Shown in pieces: positions 44,204 to 45,583 of a DNA stretch of 45,583 bases (position 1 is the stretch's first letter; the number at the start of each line of letters is the position of its first letter). The position numbers and the translations under genes are program-made. The stretch is from a virus (Duplodnaviria; Caudoviricetes). The notes under the pieces are model-generated. The model saw only the letters and a program-made list of their open reading frames with translations. It made no database searches and had not been told where the DNA came from. The DNA lies in the IMG/VR virus record IMGVR_UViG_3300032373_000026, positions 1 through 45,583 of that record; one strand, written 5' to 3'.

Positions 44204-45236
44204 AGACGGAACCGAGGTCGATATCGACGGCCTGCATTGCCCAAAGGTTAAGGGGCGGCGCTACGTCTACGACCGCAAGACCAAGCACCGCTTTTCCTCA
44301 GACTACGGCACATGGGAGCTGGTCGAAGAGATCAAGCGATACCGGGCCAGCTTGCCGGGGCAGAGTTGCACCCGCCCTGGCACATGGGGCGGCCTGGTTC
44401 GCGCGTTCAAGAAGTCACCGGAATGGCGCGAACTCGCACCCCGGACCCGGAAAGACTATGACACCCGCGTTTTCGACTGGCTCAAGCGCATGGATGATGT
44501 CCCGCTCGAGGCGATAACGGGCCCCGACATTTTCAAACTTCGTGACGCGGCAGCGAAGAAGTCCACGCGCCGCGCCAACTACGTCATCCAGGTGATGAGC
44601 CGGGTTTTCGCATGGGCGATGCCGAGGGGGCTGGCTCGATCAAACCCGGCCGCCGGCGTCTCTTTGCTCAAGCGTGACAAGTCGAAGCCTCGCGCAAATC
44701 GACCGTGGACGATGGCGGAATGCCGGGCCGTCTTGGACGCCGCGCCGGTTCACCTGAAGGTGCCGATCGCGCTGAGCATGTTCACCGGGATCCGCGAGGC
44801 GGACGCCCTGCGACTACGCTGGGACACCTACAGCGACGGACAGTTCAATTTCAGGCCGAACAAGAACGATTACGATCTGTGGATATCACCACCGCCGACG
44901 CTTGCCGCCGTTCTCAAGACTGCGCCCCGCAACGCCCTGACGATGTCGGTGAACAGCCGGGGCGCACAATGGACCGAGAGCGGATTCCGAGCGTCCTGGC
45001 GCAAACTGCGGATCAAATTGGAAGAAGGGGGAAAGGTCGAGGCCGGATTAACAATCCACGGCCTGCGGCACACCGTCGGCAATGTACTGGCTGACGAGGG
45101 CGTGAGCACCGAGCATATCGCGAAGGTGCTGGGGATCACCGAGAAAGCGGCGAAAATCTATTCCGACCGGGCGACTCGGAAAAAGGCCACTTCGGCGGCC
45201 GTCGTCCACCTCGACAAAATCGGTCGAAGAACATGA
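44184..45236 (+). CDS. int: Tyrosine integrase
   Basis: 'TG.R..D...L.W', K in 'PNKN', 'HGLRHT', 'LGI', Tyr in 'KIYS'; adjacent to tRNA. Confidence 0.95.
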   Translation: MTKMRLEDGTEVDIDGLHCPKVKGRRYVYDRKTKHRFSSDYGTWELVEEIKRYRASLPGQSCTRPGTWGGLVRAFKKSPEWRELAPRTRKDYDTRVFDWLKRMDDVPLEAITGPDIFKLRDAAAKKSTRRANYVIQVMSRVFAWAMPRGLARSNPAAGVSLLKRDKSKPRANRPWTMAECRAVLDAAPVHLKVPIALSMFTGIREADALRLRWDTYSDGQFNFRPNKNDYDLWISPPPTLAAVLKTAPRNALTMSVNSRGAQWTESGFRASWRKLRIKLEEGGKVEAGLTIHGLRHTVGNVLADEGVSTEHIAKVLGITEKAAKIYSDRATRKKATSAAVVHLDKIGRRT

Positions 45237-45279
45237 TCGGAACGGAATCTGTAAAACTGGCGGACAGCGAGTGTAAAAC
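45229..45279 (+). promoter_or_regulatory. att arm region: GAAC-N7-GAAC box and TGTAAAAC direct repeats
   Basis: GAAC-ATGATCG-GAAC at 45229-45243; TGTAAAAC at 45250 and 45272. Confidence 0.6.
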
Positions 45280-45339
45280 CGCCGTTTAATAGGCGGCAAT
45301 GAAAACGCCGGATCAGATTGATATAGTTGGGAAATTGAA

Positions 45340-45414
45340 TGGTGCCCGGGGGCGGAATTGAACCACCGACACGCGGATTTTCAATCCGCTGCTCTACCCC
45401 TGAGCTACCCGGGC
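45340..45414 (-). tRNA. tRNA-Phe (GAA); integration target
   Basis: GCCCGGGTAGCTCAGGGGTAGAGCAGCGGATTGAAAATCCGCGTGTCGGTGGTTCAATTCCGCCCCCGGGCACCA: full cloverleaf with encoded CCA. Confidence 0.97.
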
Positions 45415-45455
45415 ACCGTGTCGAATGACCGCCGTGGCAGCCATCGAGAGCGCGG

Positions 45456-45484
45456 TTTATAGGTCGGGCATGGATGCGTGTCCA
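45456..45484 (-). promoter_or_regulatory. Host tRNA promoter
   Basis: TGGACA-17-TATAAA followed by a GC-rich discriminator. Confidence 0.6.
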
Positions 45485-45583
45485 TGGCCCTTTTCAGCGA
45501 ATTCACAACCGACGGCAGTGACCTGCCCGGGCCCGCTGCTATTGATCTTCTTCAGTCGGCGGATTGTCCTCGGCTACATCAGC

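Larger units (their letters stand above)
1..45342. mobile_element. Temperate siphovirus-like prophage integrated at the 3' end of tRNA-Phe; left end extends beyond the window
   Basis: Ordered tail, head, packaging, replication, immunity, recombination and int modules; integrase ends ~100 bp from the tRNA 3' end. Confidence 0.95.

Overview
Most of a temperate, long-tailed (siphovirus-type) prophage in a GC-rich alphaproteobacterial chromosome. The host assignment is inferred from a GcrA homologue, an alphaproteobacterial XRE regulator and GAAC-N7-GAAC boxes. The right junction is visible: a tyrosine integrase (~44184-45236) abuts the 3' end of a complete tRNA-Phe(GAA) (45340-45414, minus). The left junction and lysis genes lie outside the window. 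Minus strand 1-31659 runs cro, CII-like, two HNH nucleases, GcrA, DnaB, a DUF1376-type initiator with iterons, a NusG-family antiterminator, TerS/TerL, portal, scaffold, capsid, head-tail and tail genes, including an unannotated -1 frameshifted tail chaperone. Plus strand 31743-45236 runs a repressor, early genes, ERF/exonuclease/NinB recombination genes, Xis and Int. Plus-strand morons include higBA and a lipoprotein. Best candidates for undescribed biology: (1) a translationally coupled cassette of two glycosyltransferase-like genes and a sugar acetyltransferase, followed by an HslV-like Thr hydrolase, directly behind the capsid gene (putative virion glycosylation); (2) a NusG paralogue in the Q position with a structured leader and a series of intra-operon terminators; (3) CAGUG-loop hairpins in the scaffold and capsid leaders; (4) 18 proteins ending in Ala-Ala, a possible ClpXP degron programme. 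All family calls come from motif recognition by eye; no searches were run.
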